From a virus, in IMG/VR virus record IMGVR_UViG_3300045988_115994: a DNA stretch of 16,259 bases; one strand, given 5' to 3'. The notes below the pieces were generated by a model. It was not told where the DNA came from and made no database searches. It worked only from the letters and a program-made list of their open reading frames with translations. Numbering within the stretch: position 1 is the first letter of the stretch; the number at the start of each line of letters is the position of its first letter. The translations under genes and the position numbers were made by a program. Positions 1 through 6,797 of this stretch are shown piece by piece.

Positions 1-299
1 AAGTCACATAGTCCGTGTAGGACGGACACCGTTTTCCCCAAAAAGACAAACACCTGTTCGATTTTCAGATATTAAATTTGCTATGGGAAACTTGATCAAA
101 TATAAGATGTCAATAGTAATATTGCACAAACATACATCAAAATTTTGTGCACTTTTACCATTGATTTTGTTGAAATCAGACAATACAACAATTTATCATA
201 ATTGTATATACAATTAAAACAAAAAGTGTCCGTTCACCGCGGACACAACCTGTCTTTGGTGGGCGAACACTATCGAACACTTGTTTGGTGTGGATAACT
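1..299. repeat. Left inverted terminal repeat (ITR), 299 bp
   Basis: Checked block by block: 1..299 is the exact reverse complement of 15961..16259, and identity ends at 300/15960. The repeat reaches both window ends. The 5' end starts AAGT, a 2-nt terminal reiteration. Confidence 0.97.
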
Positions 300-321
300 C
301 ACGCATGAACAAAAGTTCTGG

Positions 322-350
322 TTGACAAATTCACATAGTAGGCTTAAAAT
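322..350 (+). promoter_or_regulatory. sigA-type promoter (TTGACA-N17-TAAAAT) upstream of the endolysin gene
   Basis: TTGACA at 322-327, a 17-nt spacer, then TAAAAT at 345-350. It lies just inside the left ITR boundary and 45 nt upstream of the ATG at 395. Confidence 0.6.
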
Positions 351-394
351 AGACTATAGATAGGAATAATCTATCAGAAAGAGAGGAAATAAGA

Positions 395-1117
395 ATGATA
401 ATTAACGTGCACGCGGGGCATAATCCGCATGGAAAACTAGCTTGTGGCGCTGTAGGTTTAATTTCAGAATCACTGGAAAATAGACGCGTAAAAGATCTGG
501 TGGTCGATGAATTACGTCGCATGGGTCACACTGTTTATGACTGTACAGTTGAAGATGGAACATCACAAACAAACGTTTTGACTCGTATAATCAATAAGTG
601 CAATATGCACTCGGTCGATCTTGATGTGTCGATACACTTTAATTCCGCATCTAGCGTTGGTGCTAATGGAACAGAGGTATATATTTATGACGAGTCATCA
701 AAGGCAAGCACTTATGCACTCAATGTCCTAAATGCGATATGTTCGTTAGGCTTTAGAAACAGAGGTGTAAAAGTTAATAAAAAGTTAGGTTTTTTACGTC
801 GAACAAAAGCACCCGCAATCCTTATTGAATGTTGTTTTGTGAATTCACAGAGAGATATTGCGCTGTACAGTCCGCATGAAGTGGCGGCGGCTATTGTTTA
901 CGGCATTACGGGAACAAGGCGCATATGCGAACCGCGAGCAGAGGTGGAAGATAAGAATGATGAACTGGACGTGTCAAGCGAGAAGATTGACGAAACTAAG
1001 ATCTATCGTGTGTCTGTACTCGATCAAAAAGGTGCTTTTCACAATATCGAAAATGCGCACAATTTATTGGTAGCGCTTGAAAGCGCCGGATTTAAGGCTA
1101 TAATAACGGAGGGATAA
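395..1117 (+). CDS. N-acetylmuramoyl-L-alanine amidase (Amidase_3, CwlC-like) endolysin with a SPOR-like C-terminal domain
   Basis: The RBS AGAGAGGAAA lies 6 nt upstream of the ATG. The N-terminus (IINVHAGHNPHG..AVG..E, later SIHFNS, GTEVY, FLRRTKAPAILIECCFVNS) fits the Amidase_3 zinc amidase pattern. The C-terminal ~40 aa (YRVSVLDQKGAFHNIENAHNLLVALESAGFKAII) resembles a SPOR repeat. Confidence 0.85.
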   Translation: MIINVHAGHNPHGKLACGAVGLISESLENRRVKDLVVDELRRMGHTVYDCTVEDGTSQTNVLTRIINKCNMHSVDLDVSIHFNSASSVGANGTEVYIYDESSKASTYALNVLNAICSLGFRNRGVKVNKKLGFLRRTKAPAILIECCFVNSQRDIALYSPHEVAAAIVYGITGTRRICEPRAEVEDKNDELDVSSEKIDETKIYRVSVLDQKGAFHNIENAHNLLVALESAGFKAIITEG

Positions 1118-1118
1118 A

Positions 1119-1379
1119 ATGAACGGGTTACAAGAGTATCGAAAAAATTATGTACTGCAAAAAGTACGCGAAACATGGAGTAATGTATTATTAGACAGTA
1201 TCTGCCCTTATGATGACGGTGCAATAGCACTAGTGTTTGCGGTTTGTGTTAATTTTAATACAATTAAAATGGTAACATTAGTTATCGAGCGCAACGCGGA
1301 TTTAGATCAATCTGTCGGAATTATCAATGAGCGCATAGCGTGGGCGTTTGCATCCGAACATTTGCGTTATGTACAATAA
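1119..1379 (+). CDS. Hypothetical protein (86 aa)
   Basis: The RBS GGAGGG lies directly upstream (acggagggataaaATG). The ORF is tightly packed between the amidase and the next ORF. I recognise no motif. Confidence 0.6.
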   Translation: MNGLQEYRKNYVLQKVRETWSNVLLDSICPYDDGAIALVFAVCVNFNTIKMVTLVIERNADLDQSVGIINERIAWAFASEHLRYVQ

Positions 1380-1866
1380 GGACTACCTCTTAAGTTTGCG
1401 GGGAAAACAGCGGCGCGAGATGTACAAACAGCTTGTGCCGCTTGCAAACAAGCAGAAAGTACGAATTGAAAAGCAAGGCTTGGAGAAAGAAAGTGTGCTA
1501 AATGTACTACATAAGCGGACTAACTGGGATATAGATAAGTACAATTCACGCGCTTATCTTAAGTTGGTTCGATTTGTTACAGCGCGCTCTCATACTTTAA
1601 CTGGGATAAAGGAAATAAGGCAGGAACGTACGCAAGCATTACGCGATATGGGAATATCTGAAAATCTGTTAAATGAAGCAGATTTTTATACTTTTTTGCA
1701 TAGTCAAGAATACAAAAGTTTAAAAATGCGCAACCCATCGGAGGATATTATCGAAATTTATGATTTACTTTTTTCGCAGGGTAAGTCACATACAGAAATA
1801 CAACAAGAATTGCAAGAATATTCTAGCGCTACACATGTTTATGTAAAGGGGAGGGCTTTATGGTAA
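1369..1866 (+). CDS. Hypothetical basic helical protein (165 aa from ATG 1369; the ORF track starts at TTG 1348); candidate terminal protein by position only
   Basis: The ORF ends in ATGGTAA, overlapping the polymerase start, as the terminal-protein gene precedes the polymerase gene in phi29. The start overlaps the upstream stop (ATG 1369, TAA 1377-1379). No sequence similarity to phi29 TP was recognised and there is no strong RBS. Confidence 0.5.
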   Translation: MYNKDYLLSLRGKQRREMYKQLVPLANKQKVRIEKQGLEKESVLNVLHKRTNWDIDKYNSRAYLKLVRFVTARSHTLTGIKEIRQERTQALRDMGISENLLNEADFYTFLHSQEYKSLKMRNPSEDIIEIYDLLFSQGKSHTEIQQELQEYSSATHVYVKGRALW

Positions 1867-4043
1867 TATCTGTACAGCAGACTAAAAATGGAAAAGAAAC
1901 GATTGAAACTAAAGAAACAGTGTATTCTGTAGCGTCATACCCATATGACGCTACAGTTTTAGATTGTACTACAGTACGGAAAAAAGGGCGAAACGGACTT
2001 ACATATATAGCGTGTCCGGCAACGTTTGACATAGAAAGTACAACTATAGACGGCGAAAAACCAGAAGCATTTATGTATCATTGGCAGTTTTGCTTGAATG
2101 GTAAAGTCTGTTTTGGGCGAACTTGGGAAGAATGGATAAATTTTATGCATAAGCTAGGAACTACTTTGGAATTGGACGCTAAAAAAGTGTTAGTAATATA
2201 TGTCCATAATTTAGCTTATGAATTTATGTTTATAAAGGATTTTTTGCATATAGAATCACTTTTTGCGAGAGAAGCGCACAAGGTTATTAAAGTTTTAGTT
2301 TGCTTGGGTAATGATTACGGGAAAAGTATAAATAAAGTTGGGAATGTTTCACGTGAAACATTTCTTCTTCCCTTTTTTGAATTTAGGTGTAGTTATTTTT
2401 TATCAAATATGTCTTTATCTAAATTTTGCGAAAATAGCAAATTTTGCACACACTATAAATTAGTAGACACTTATGATTATAGAAAAATACGGACACCGTC
2501 GACGCCGATGACGGAGGAAGAATTAGCGTATTGTTATAACGATGTAAAAGGTTTAGAAGAGTGCATTTTGTCGAAATTAGATGACGAGTGTGACACGTTA
2601 GCTACCATACCTTTAACATCGACAGGATACGTGCGGCGAGAAATGCGTGCAGAGTGCCGAAAACATCCAGAATATCGCGAACTTTTTGAAATACTTATGC
2701 CTACTACACAAATTTATACGTTATTGCGTCAAGCGTTTCGTGGCGGCAATACTCATGCGTCAAGGTACTATGCAGATGCCGTCATAGAGGGAGTTTACAG
2801 CAAAGATAGAGTGTCTAGCTATCCGGCATGTATTGTATCTGATTTATACCCAATGACACCATTTATAGTGTACGAACCTAAGTCTTACGCACAACTTATA
2901 GCGGATTGTGGAAAAAAGAAAAATGCTATAATAATGCGTATAACTTTATTTGATTTAGATGTGCACGATGATGTGACCGTGCCATATATTGATTTTGCGC
3001 ACTGTATAGCCTACAGTAAAAATTATGTAAATGATAACGGACGAGTGTTATCAGCCGATTGGATAACATATGCTTGTACAGAGTTGGACTTTTTAATTAT
3101 AAATAATCAATATAGCTACGATACTATGCGCCTAGAATGGCTAGAGGGCTACAAGGCAGAGAAAGACTACTTGCCTAAACCCATAGTTGACACAGCTCTT
3201 TCTTATTATGACAAGAAAACACAATTAAAAGATGTGAGTGGAAAAGAATATGAGTATGCAAAAAGCAAAAATAAGGCTAATTCCGTTTTTGGTGTTATGG
3301 TTACAGATATATGTCAAGGCGAAATAGAATATATAGATGGCGTTTGGTCTAAGACTATGCCGGATAAGGAAAGTGCTATAGCGGCTTACGCCGCAAGCAA
3401 AAACTCTTTTTTGCTTTATCAATGGGGAGTTTACATTACAGCAAATGCGCGCTATGAACTGCAATGCATGATTGATGCTTGCGGCTATGATTTTGTGTAC
3501 GCAGACACGGATAGTGTAAAATTTATTGGTAAAAAACATTTAAAATCTTTTGACGACAGAAATAATTATTTATTATCCAAAAAACAAAAGTACAGAAATT
3601 ATAGTGATCGTTTAAACGATGATGGCACAACAACGCGATACACGCTCGGTGTATGGGATGATGATGGTTTTTATAAAAAGTTTAAAACATTGGGTGCGAA
3701 AAAGTATGCATATATTGCGGACGAGAAAAACAAAAAAACTGGAGAGATAGAAGAAGTTTTACATGTTACTGTTTCCGGCTTATCAAAAACAAAAGGCGCG
3801 GCAGAACTTGCGCGTGGAAATGGCTTAGCTGATTTTAAAATTGGCAAAATATTTACTGACTCGGGGCGCACAGTGTCATACTTTAATGAGAGCGATGTAC
3901 ATACTATAAAAGTAATAGATTACAATGGAAAAGAAAGTGAGTTTACCACAGCGTCAAACATAGCAATAGTTGATACTACTTATACTTTAGGTGTATCTGA
4001 CGAGTACGCCGCCGTCTTAGGCTCTTGTATAAATTTTGAATAA
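1860..4043 (+). CDS. Protein-primed family B DNA polymerase (phi29 gp2-like), 727 aa
   Basis: RBS GGGGAGGG upstream. Motifs seen: ExoI FDIESTT, ExoII HNLAYEF, ExoIII YCYNDV, motif A DRVSSYP, motif B KNKANSVFG, motif C YADTDS, and KxY as GAKKYAY followed by VTVSGLSK. Motif order and spacing are as in the phi29 polymerase. Confidence 0.95.
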   Translation: MVISVQQTKNGKETIETKETVYSVASYPYDATVLDCTTVRKKGRNGLTYIACPATFDIESTTIDGEKPEAFMYHWQFCLNGKVCFGRTWEEWINFMHKLGTTLELDAKKVLVIYVHNLAYEFMFIKDFLHIESLFAREAHKVIKVLVCLGNDYGKSINKVGNVSRETFLLPFFEFRCSYFLSNMSLSKFCENSKFCTHYKLVDTYDYRKIRTPSTPMTEEELAYCYNDVKGLEECILSKLDDECDTLATIPLTSTGYVRREMRAECRKHPEYRELFEILMPTTQIYTLLRQAFRGGNTHASRYYADAVIEGVYSKDRVSSYPACIVSDLYPMTPFIVYEPKSYAQLIADCGKKKNAIIMRITLFDLDVHDDVTVPYIDFAHCIAYSKNYVNDNGRVLSADWITYACTELDFLIINNQYSYDTMRLEWLEGYKAEKDYLPKPIVDTALSYYDKKTQLKDVSGKEYEYAKSKNKANSVFGVMVTDICQGEIEYIDGVWSKTMPDKESAIAAYAASKNSFLLYQWGVYITANARYELQCMIDACGYDFVYADTDSVKFIGKKHLKSFDDRNNYLLSKKQKYRNYSDRLNDDGTTTRYTLGVWDDDGFYKKFKTLGAKKYAYIADEKNKKTGEIEEVLHVTVSGLSKTKGAAELARGNGLADFKIGKIFTDSGRTVSYFNESDVHTIKVIDYNGKESEFTTASNIAIVDTTYTLGVSDEYAAVLGSCINFE
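2343..2362. repeat. Copy 1 of the 20-bp perfect palindrome AATGTTTCACGTGAAACATT, inside the polymerase CDS
   Basis: Exact 20-mer identical to copies at 5988, 7155 and 11070. It is read in frame as GNVSRETF, between ExoII and ExoIII. Confidence 0.95.
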
Positions 4044-4057
4044 TTGCAAAATAATAG

Positions 4058-4084
4058 TTGACAAAATAGAAAAGGGCTTATAAT
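4058..4084 (+). promoter_or_regulatory. Early promoter P-E1 (TTGACA ... TATAAT)
   Basis: TTGACA at 4058-4063 and TATAAT at 4079-4084 give only a 15-nt spacer; TAATAA at 4081-4086 would give 17. The -10 and the initial transcribed region (TATAATAAATAATGTAAGAGAACA) are paralogous to the promoter at 4701. Confidence 0.55.
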
Positions 4085-4135
4085 AAATAATGTAAGAGAA
4101 CAAATAAACAAGCATAAGAAAGAGAGGAAATAAAC

Positions 4136-4309
4136 TTGAGAAGAACATTTTATGAGAAAGTAAAGAAGTATGGCTCGGTTGACACCAGAAAGTATAGATA
4201 TGTGTTAGAGGACTACGGGAACGTAGCGCGCTTGCCACTTGAATATCTGGACACTACAAGAGCGGAAGATGGATGGAAAATTATCAAAATTCCGGTGGAG
4301 TGGAAATAA
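4136..4309 (+). CDS. Small hypothetical protein (57 aa, TTG start); below the length cutoff of the ORF track
   Basis: The leader AGAAAGAGAGGAAATAA is identical over 17 nt to the endolysin leader (375-391) and sits 3 nt before the TTG. I checked the open frame codon by codon. The stop TAA overlaps the next ATG (TAATG at 4307-4311). Confidence 0.5.
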   Translation: MRRTFYEKVKKYGSVDTRKYRYVLEDYGNVARLPLEYLDTTRAEDGWKIIKIPVEWK

Positions 4310-4503
4310 TGACTATAAAGTTAATAACTGATTGGCTTATATCTTGTTATGAGACAGGCTACCTGTCTTATAGCGAGATACGAAATGACAGAATTTTGTT
4401 TAAAATTCACAGATACTTTCCGCGAGCCAATCCAAAAGAAGCGGAAGAAGCAAGAGAACGAGCGCTTATGTATTTAGGGAGGTTATTGCATGAAAATAAA
4501 TAA
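4309..4503 (+). CDS. Small hypothetical protein (64 aa)
   Basis: ATG 4309 is preceded by GGTGGAGTGG and is coupled to the upstream ORF. The track start at 4273 lacks an RBS. Confidence 0.6.
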   Translation: MTIKLITDWLISCYETGYLSYSEIRNDRILFKIHRYFPRANPKEAEEARERALMYLGRLLHENK

Positions 4504-4529
4504 AAAGAAGCCGTGTATGCGGTGTTAAA

Positions 4530-4691
4530 ATGTTGGTTAATGATAAAATCAGTTTACGCATGATTTACGATGATTTATGGCTATACTATTTATTAGTAGG
4601 TCTTGGTTTATCAAAGCAGGAAATAGTAGACGCTGAACACGAGATAAAAGAAGCAATTCTAAATTGTTTAAAAGAAAATTTAAAAATTTAG
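4530..4691 (+). CDS. Possible small hypothetical protein (53 aa)
   Basis: An open frame fills the gap between 4503 and the -35 box at 4701. The only Shine-Dalgarno is weak (GGTG). It is not in the ORF track because it is under 60 aa. Confidence 0.3.
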   Translation: MLVNDKISLRMIYDDLWLYYLLVGLGLSKQEIVDAEHEIKEAILNCLKENLKI

Positions 4692-4700
4692 AAAAAGTTA

Positions 4701-4728
4701 TTGACATTTCCGGCAATAAGCGTATAAT
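4701..4728 (+). promoter_or_regulatory. Early promoter P-E2 (TTGACA-N16-TATAAT)
   Basis: TTGACA at 4701-4706 and TATAAT at 4723-4728, followed by AGATAATGTAAGGAACA, which is shared with P-E1. Confidence 0.6.
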
Positions 4729-4789
4729 AGATAATGTAAGGAACATACAAAACAACAAAGCAACCAAACAAGAAAGTGAGGAAAACAAA

Positions 4790-4978
4790 ATGACATTATT
4801 TGATTTATTCACAGCGAATGCAGAATGGAATACAAAAACAGAATTAACTATTAGCTACAATCATTTAGGTGATACTAAATGGGATTCTGGACAGGCGTTA
4901 GACATAATTTATAAATATGAAAAATTTGAGGTTTTAAGTTTTTATAAAAACTCATTATTTTTAAGAGAACAAGAATAG
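4790..4978 (+). CDS. Small hypothetical protein (62 aa), paralogue A
   Basis: ATG 4790 follows the RBS AAGAAAGTGAGGAAAA. The track start at 4664 lies upstream of the promoter. The protein aligns with the product of 5039..5236 (DSGQALDIIYKYEKFEV versus DSGSAIDMITKYHNFRV). Confidence 0.65.
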   Translation: MTLFDLFTANAEWNTKTELTISYNHLGDTKWDSGQALDIIYKYEKFEVLSFYKNSLFLREQE

Positions 4979-4983
4979 CCGAA

Positions 4984-4999
4984 ACGCCCTAATTGGCGT
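4984..4999 (+). other. Conserved post-stop hairpin A (ACGCC-N6-GGCGT) in the block GAAACGCC..GGCGTAACGTACAAGG
   Basis: Stem 4984-4988 pairs with 4995-4999. The same block recurs at 5228-5243. Confidence 0.6.
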
Positions 5000-5038
5000 A
5001 ACGTACAAGGTCTGCAAAGCAGGGAGGAAAAAACAAAA

Positions 5039-5236
5039 ATGAATTTTTATAATTTATACATGTTAAATAGCGGTTGGACACCATATTCAAATATAGATAT
5101 TGCGTATCTACATGATGGAAAAATAGTTCGCGATTCTGGTTCGGCAATAGACATGATTACTAAATACCATAATTTCAGAGTAGTCGCTTTTATAATGGAT
5201 AATGTAACCTTAGAAGAAGTAACTGAAACGCCATAA
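5039..5236 (+). CDS. Small hypothetical protein (65 aa), paralogue B
   Basis: RBS GGGAGGAAAAAA upstream. It is a tandem paralogue of 4790..4978. Confidence 0.7.
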   Translation: MNFYNLYMLNSGWTPYSNIDIAYLHDGKIVRDSGSAIDMITKYHNFRVVAFIMDNVTLEEVTETP

Positions 5237-5243
5237 CGGGCGT
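5228..5243 (+). other. Conserved hairpin B (ACGCC-N6-GGCGT), overlapping the stop codon of 5039..5236
   Basis: Stem 5228-5232 pairs with 5239-5243 and is followed by AACGTACAAGG as in copy A. A second stem, CAAGG/CCTTG, spans 5250-5266. Confidence 0.6.
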
Positions 5244-5315
5244 AACGTACAAGGCTTGCAACCTTGCGTCTAATAATGCTAAGTAACGCACAAACAAGAA
5301 AGTGAGGAAACAACA

Positions 5316-5564
5316 ATGGTAAGAATATCAGCAGAGACAAAATATAATTTAATGGGAGCGGTAGAGAGATGTAGTAACTATTATAAAAATACAACTCACA
5401 CGTATAACTTTAAAGAAATATACCGTGATACAGATAATACTTTTCTCTTTCACGTTACGAGAATTTCTAATAAAGATCTCGGGCGTCTCGTAGAACCGGA
5501 AACAGTTGGATACATTAAATTATATTTAGATGATAAAACAAAAAAGACTGAATTTTTCAGATAA
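5316..5564 (+). CDS. Small hypothetical protein (82 aa)
   Basis: The RBS AAGAAAGTGAGGAAAC is nearly identical to the one at 4770. I recognise no motif. Confidence 0.65.
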   Translation: MVRISAETKYNLMGAVERCSNYYKNTTHTYNFKEIYRDTDNTFLFHVTRISNKDLGRLVEPETVGYIKLYLDDKTKKTEFFR

Positions 5565-5571
5565 AGCCGAA

Positions 5572-5616
5572 ACGGGAGTCACATTCTCCCGTCACTGGAA
5601 GATAGCTACTTCCAGT
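5572..5616 (+). other. Two adjacent strong hairpins after the stop of 5316..5564 (ACGGGAG/CTCCCGT and ACTGGAAG/CTTCCAGT)
   Basis: Stems 5572-5578/5586-5592 (7 bp) and 5594-5601/5609-5616 (8 bp). They are preceded by the same GCCGAAACG lead-in as hairpin A. No T-tract follows. Confidence 0.6.
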
Positions 5617-5687
5617 CTGACGATGGCAGGCTAACAAGTCACGCAGTTTCACTAAATTATTCAAAAAAGAAAGAGAGGAACAACACA

Positions 5688-5984
5688 ATGAAAGCACCGT
5701 TCACAAGAACAGTAACCACATCGGTTGATTATGATGTGGTAACAGTATCTACCAAGGGAATTGAAGTTCTCGACCATCTGCATTTACCGGACGAACTCGA
5801 TACGGCTACTAAAAAGGCAATCGAGAAGAAGCACTCTGGCAAAAAGATTCAGTTCATCGAATCTGCCAGAACAGAGGAAAAGCGCTATATTTCCTATGAG
5901 GATTTCATGGCGCATTCCATGACAGAAAAGGACTGGAACGATCACAAGGCGGCAACAGCAGAGTCTGCACCGACTTCCAAGTAA
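5688..5984 (+). CDS. Hypothetical protein (98 aa)
   Basis: RBS AAGAAAGAGAGGAAC upstream. The gene is GC-richer than the upstream cassette. I recognise no motif. Confidence 0.7.
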   Translation: MKAPFTRTVTTSVDYDVVTVSTKGIEVLDHLHLPDELDTATKKAIEKKHSGKKIQFIESARTEEKRYISYEDFMAHSMTEKDWNDHKAATAESAPTSK

Positions 5985-5987
5985 GTA

Positions 5988-6007
5988 AATGTTTCACGTG
6001 AAACATT
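5988..6007. repeat. Copy 2 of the 20-bp palindrome, 3 nt after the stop of 5688..5984
   Basis: Exact AATGTTTCACGTGAAACATT. No T-tract follows it. Confidence 0.95.
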
Positions 6008-6043
6008 AACTAACATATCTTAAATACGAAAAGGAGATAAATA

Positions 6044-6472
6044 ATGTCAAGCAGAAAAATCAGAGGAATTGTAAGAAACATTTTTGTCAAAGATGACAAC
6101 GAAGTATCAATTTTAATCGAGATCGACGAGAAAACAGCGACAGAGCTCCGCGGCGTGTATGATGCAAAAATCGAGAATCCGTTAAAGGACGGTGAGGGCG
6201 ATCTTGAGGGCAAGGTGCTGTACAAGGCACACACAAAATATCCGGTGAACCTTTACATGCAGGGCGACCCTGTGGAAACAGAGGACGAGACGGAAAATAT
6301 CGAAGAAATCCGCAAAATCGGCAATGGTTCGGCTGTAACTATCAGAGTCCGCGAGCAGTTGTACGGTCGCTACAAGTCAAAGAAATTCCAGTCTGCTTAT
6401 CTCAAGGCAATCAATGTACGCGAGCTTGTAGAAGCAGAGCCGTATATGGATTTTGACGAAGATGACAACTAA
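6044..6472 (+). CDS. Candidate single-stranded DNA-binding protein (gp2.5/DUF2815-like), 142 aa
   Basis: RBS AAGGAGA upstream. Evidence for the call: an acidic C-terminal tail (PYMDFDEDDN), PLKDGEGD and IGNGSAVTIRV segments reminiscent of phage gp2.5-type SSBs, and a position in the replication module. The product call is an inference. Confidence 0.5.
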   Translation: MSSRKIRGIVRNIFVKDDNEVSILIEIDEKTATELRGVYDAKIENPLKDGEGDLEGKVLYKAHTKYPVNLYMQGDPVETEDETENIEEIRKIGNGSAVTIRVREQLYGRYKSKKFQSAYLKAINVRELVEAEPYMDFDEDDN

Positions 6473-6490
6473 ATAACGATCAGCCGCAGT

Positions 6491-6797
6491 TCTGCCATCC
6501 CACAGCATGAAACAACATACATGCAGTAGAATGTCATCGAATGGCATTGAACGGCATTGCACAGCATTAAATGTTGTGTGATGCCGATGGATGGCAGATA
6601 AGCGGGTGTATTGCATTACGGGTACTGGACAGTTATTTTGGTTTTCTCTCGTTTCCTCCGACTTGCCTAGTCGAAAATGTCCAGATTTTTATGTCAACCA
6701 GTACCCGTAATGGAGTATTACCCGCTATCCCGTTAAAAGCCCCGTACACCATGCGGAAAAACGCAGGGGTGCAGAGTGGTGTCTGCAAGGATAGCGG
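6491..6797 (+). ncRNA. Candidate structured non-coding RNA (pRNA-like or late-operon leader); not assigned to any known family
   Basis: Perfect long-range complementarities: 6491-6500/6589-6598 (10 bp), 6601-6607/6720-6726 (7 bp), 6615-6628/6698-6711 (14 bp) and 6722-6730/6789-6797 (9 bp). Local hairpins at 6659-6673, 6740-6769 and 6770-6787. The only ORF here has no RBS. Confidence 0.4.

Noticed and set aside
48-286. LexA/Cheo-box-like words GAAC-N4-GTTT in the ITR (48-59 on the minus strand, 275-286)
   Set aside because: Each matches only a relaxed half-degenerate consensus. Neither overlaps the -35/-10 of the promoter at 322-350. The phage shows no lysogeny module that would give SOS control a rationale. 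The evidence is too weak to call.
858-1073. Nested + strand ORFs in alternative frames (858..1073, 10903..11091, 12500..12769, 14468..14674)
   Set aside because: They lie wholly inside, or overlap, genes with clear homology. They have no RBS, and the products are Arg/Cys/Trp-rich, as is typical of off-frame translation.
4664-4789. N-terminal extensions in the ORF track (4664, 4273, 8289, 11095, 13686, 1348)
   Set aside because: In each case a downstream in-frame ATG has a proper RBS: 4790, 4309, 8334, 11134 and 13701. The 4664 extension would begin upstream of its own promoter. For 1348 versus 1369 neither start has a good RBS, so that one remains uncertain.
4549-5394. Minus-strand ORFs 4549..4812 and 5047..5394. 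The same judgement applies to the other minus-strand ORFs, including 331..522, 1039..1230, 1829..2150, 3225..3539, 3671..3871, 4017..4238, 6010..6234, 6377..6616, 7287..7502, 9572..9826, 10305..10496, 12159..12437, 13297..13644, 13886..14356, 14725..14943 and 15240..15584.
   Set aside because: All are antisense to + strand genes with RBS or homology support. None has a recognisable RBS, and their products are low-complexity or hydrophobic, as is typical of antisense frames in AT-rich DNA.
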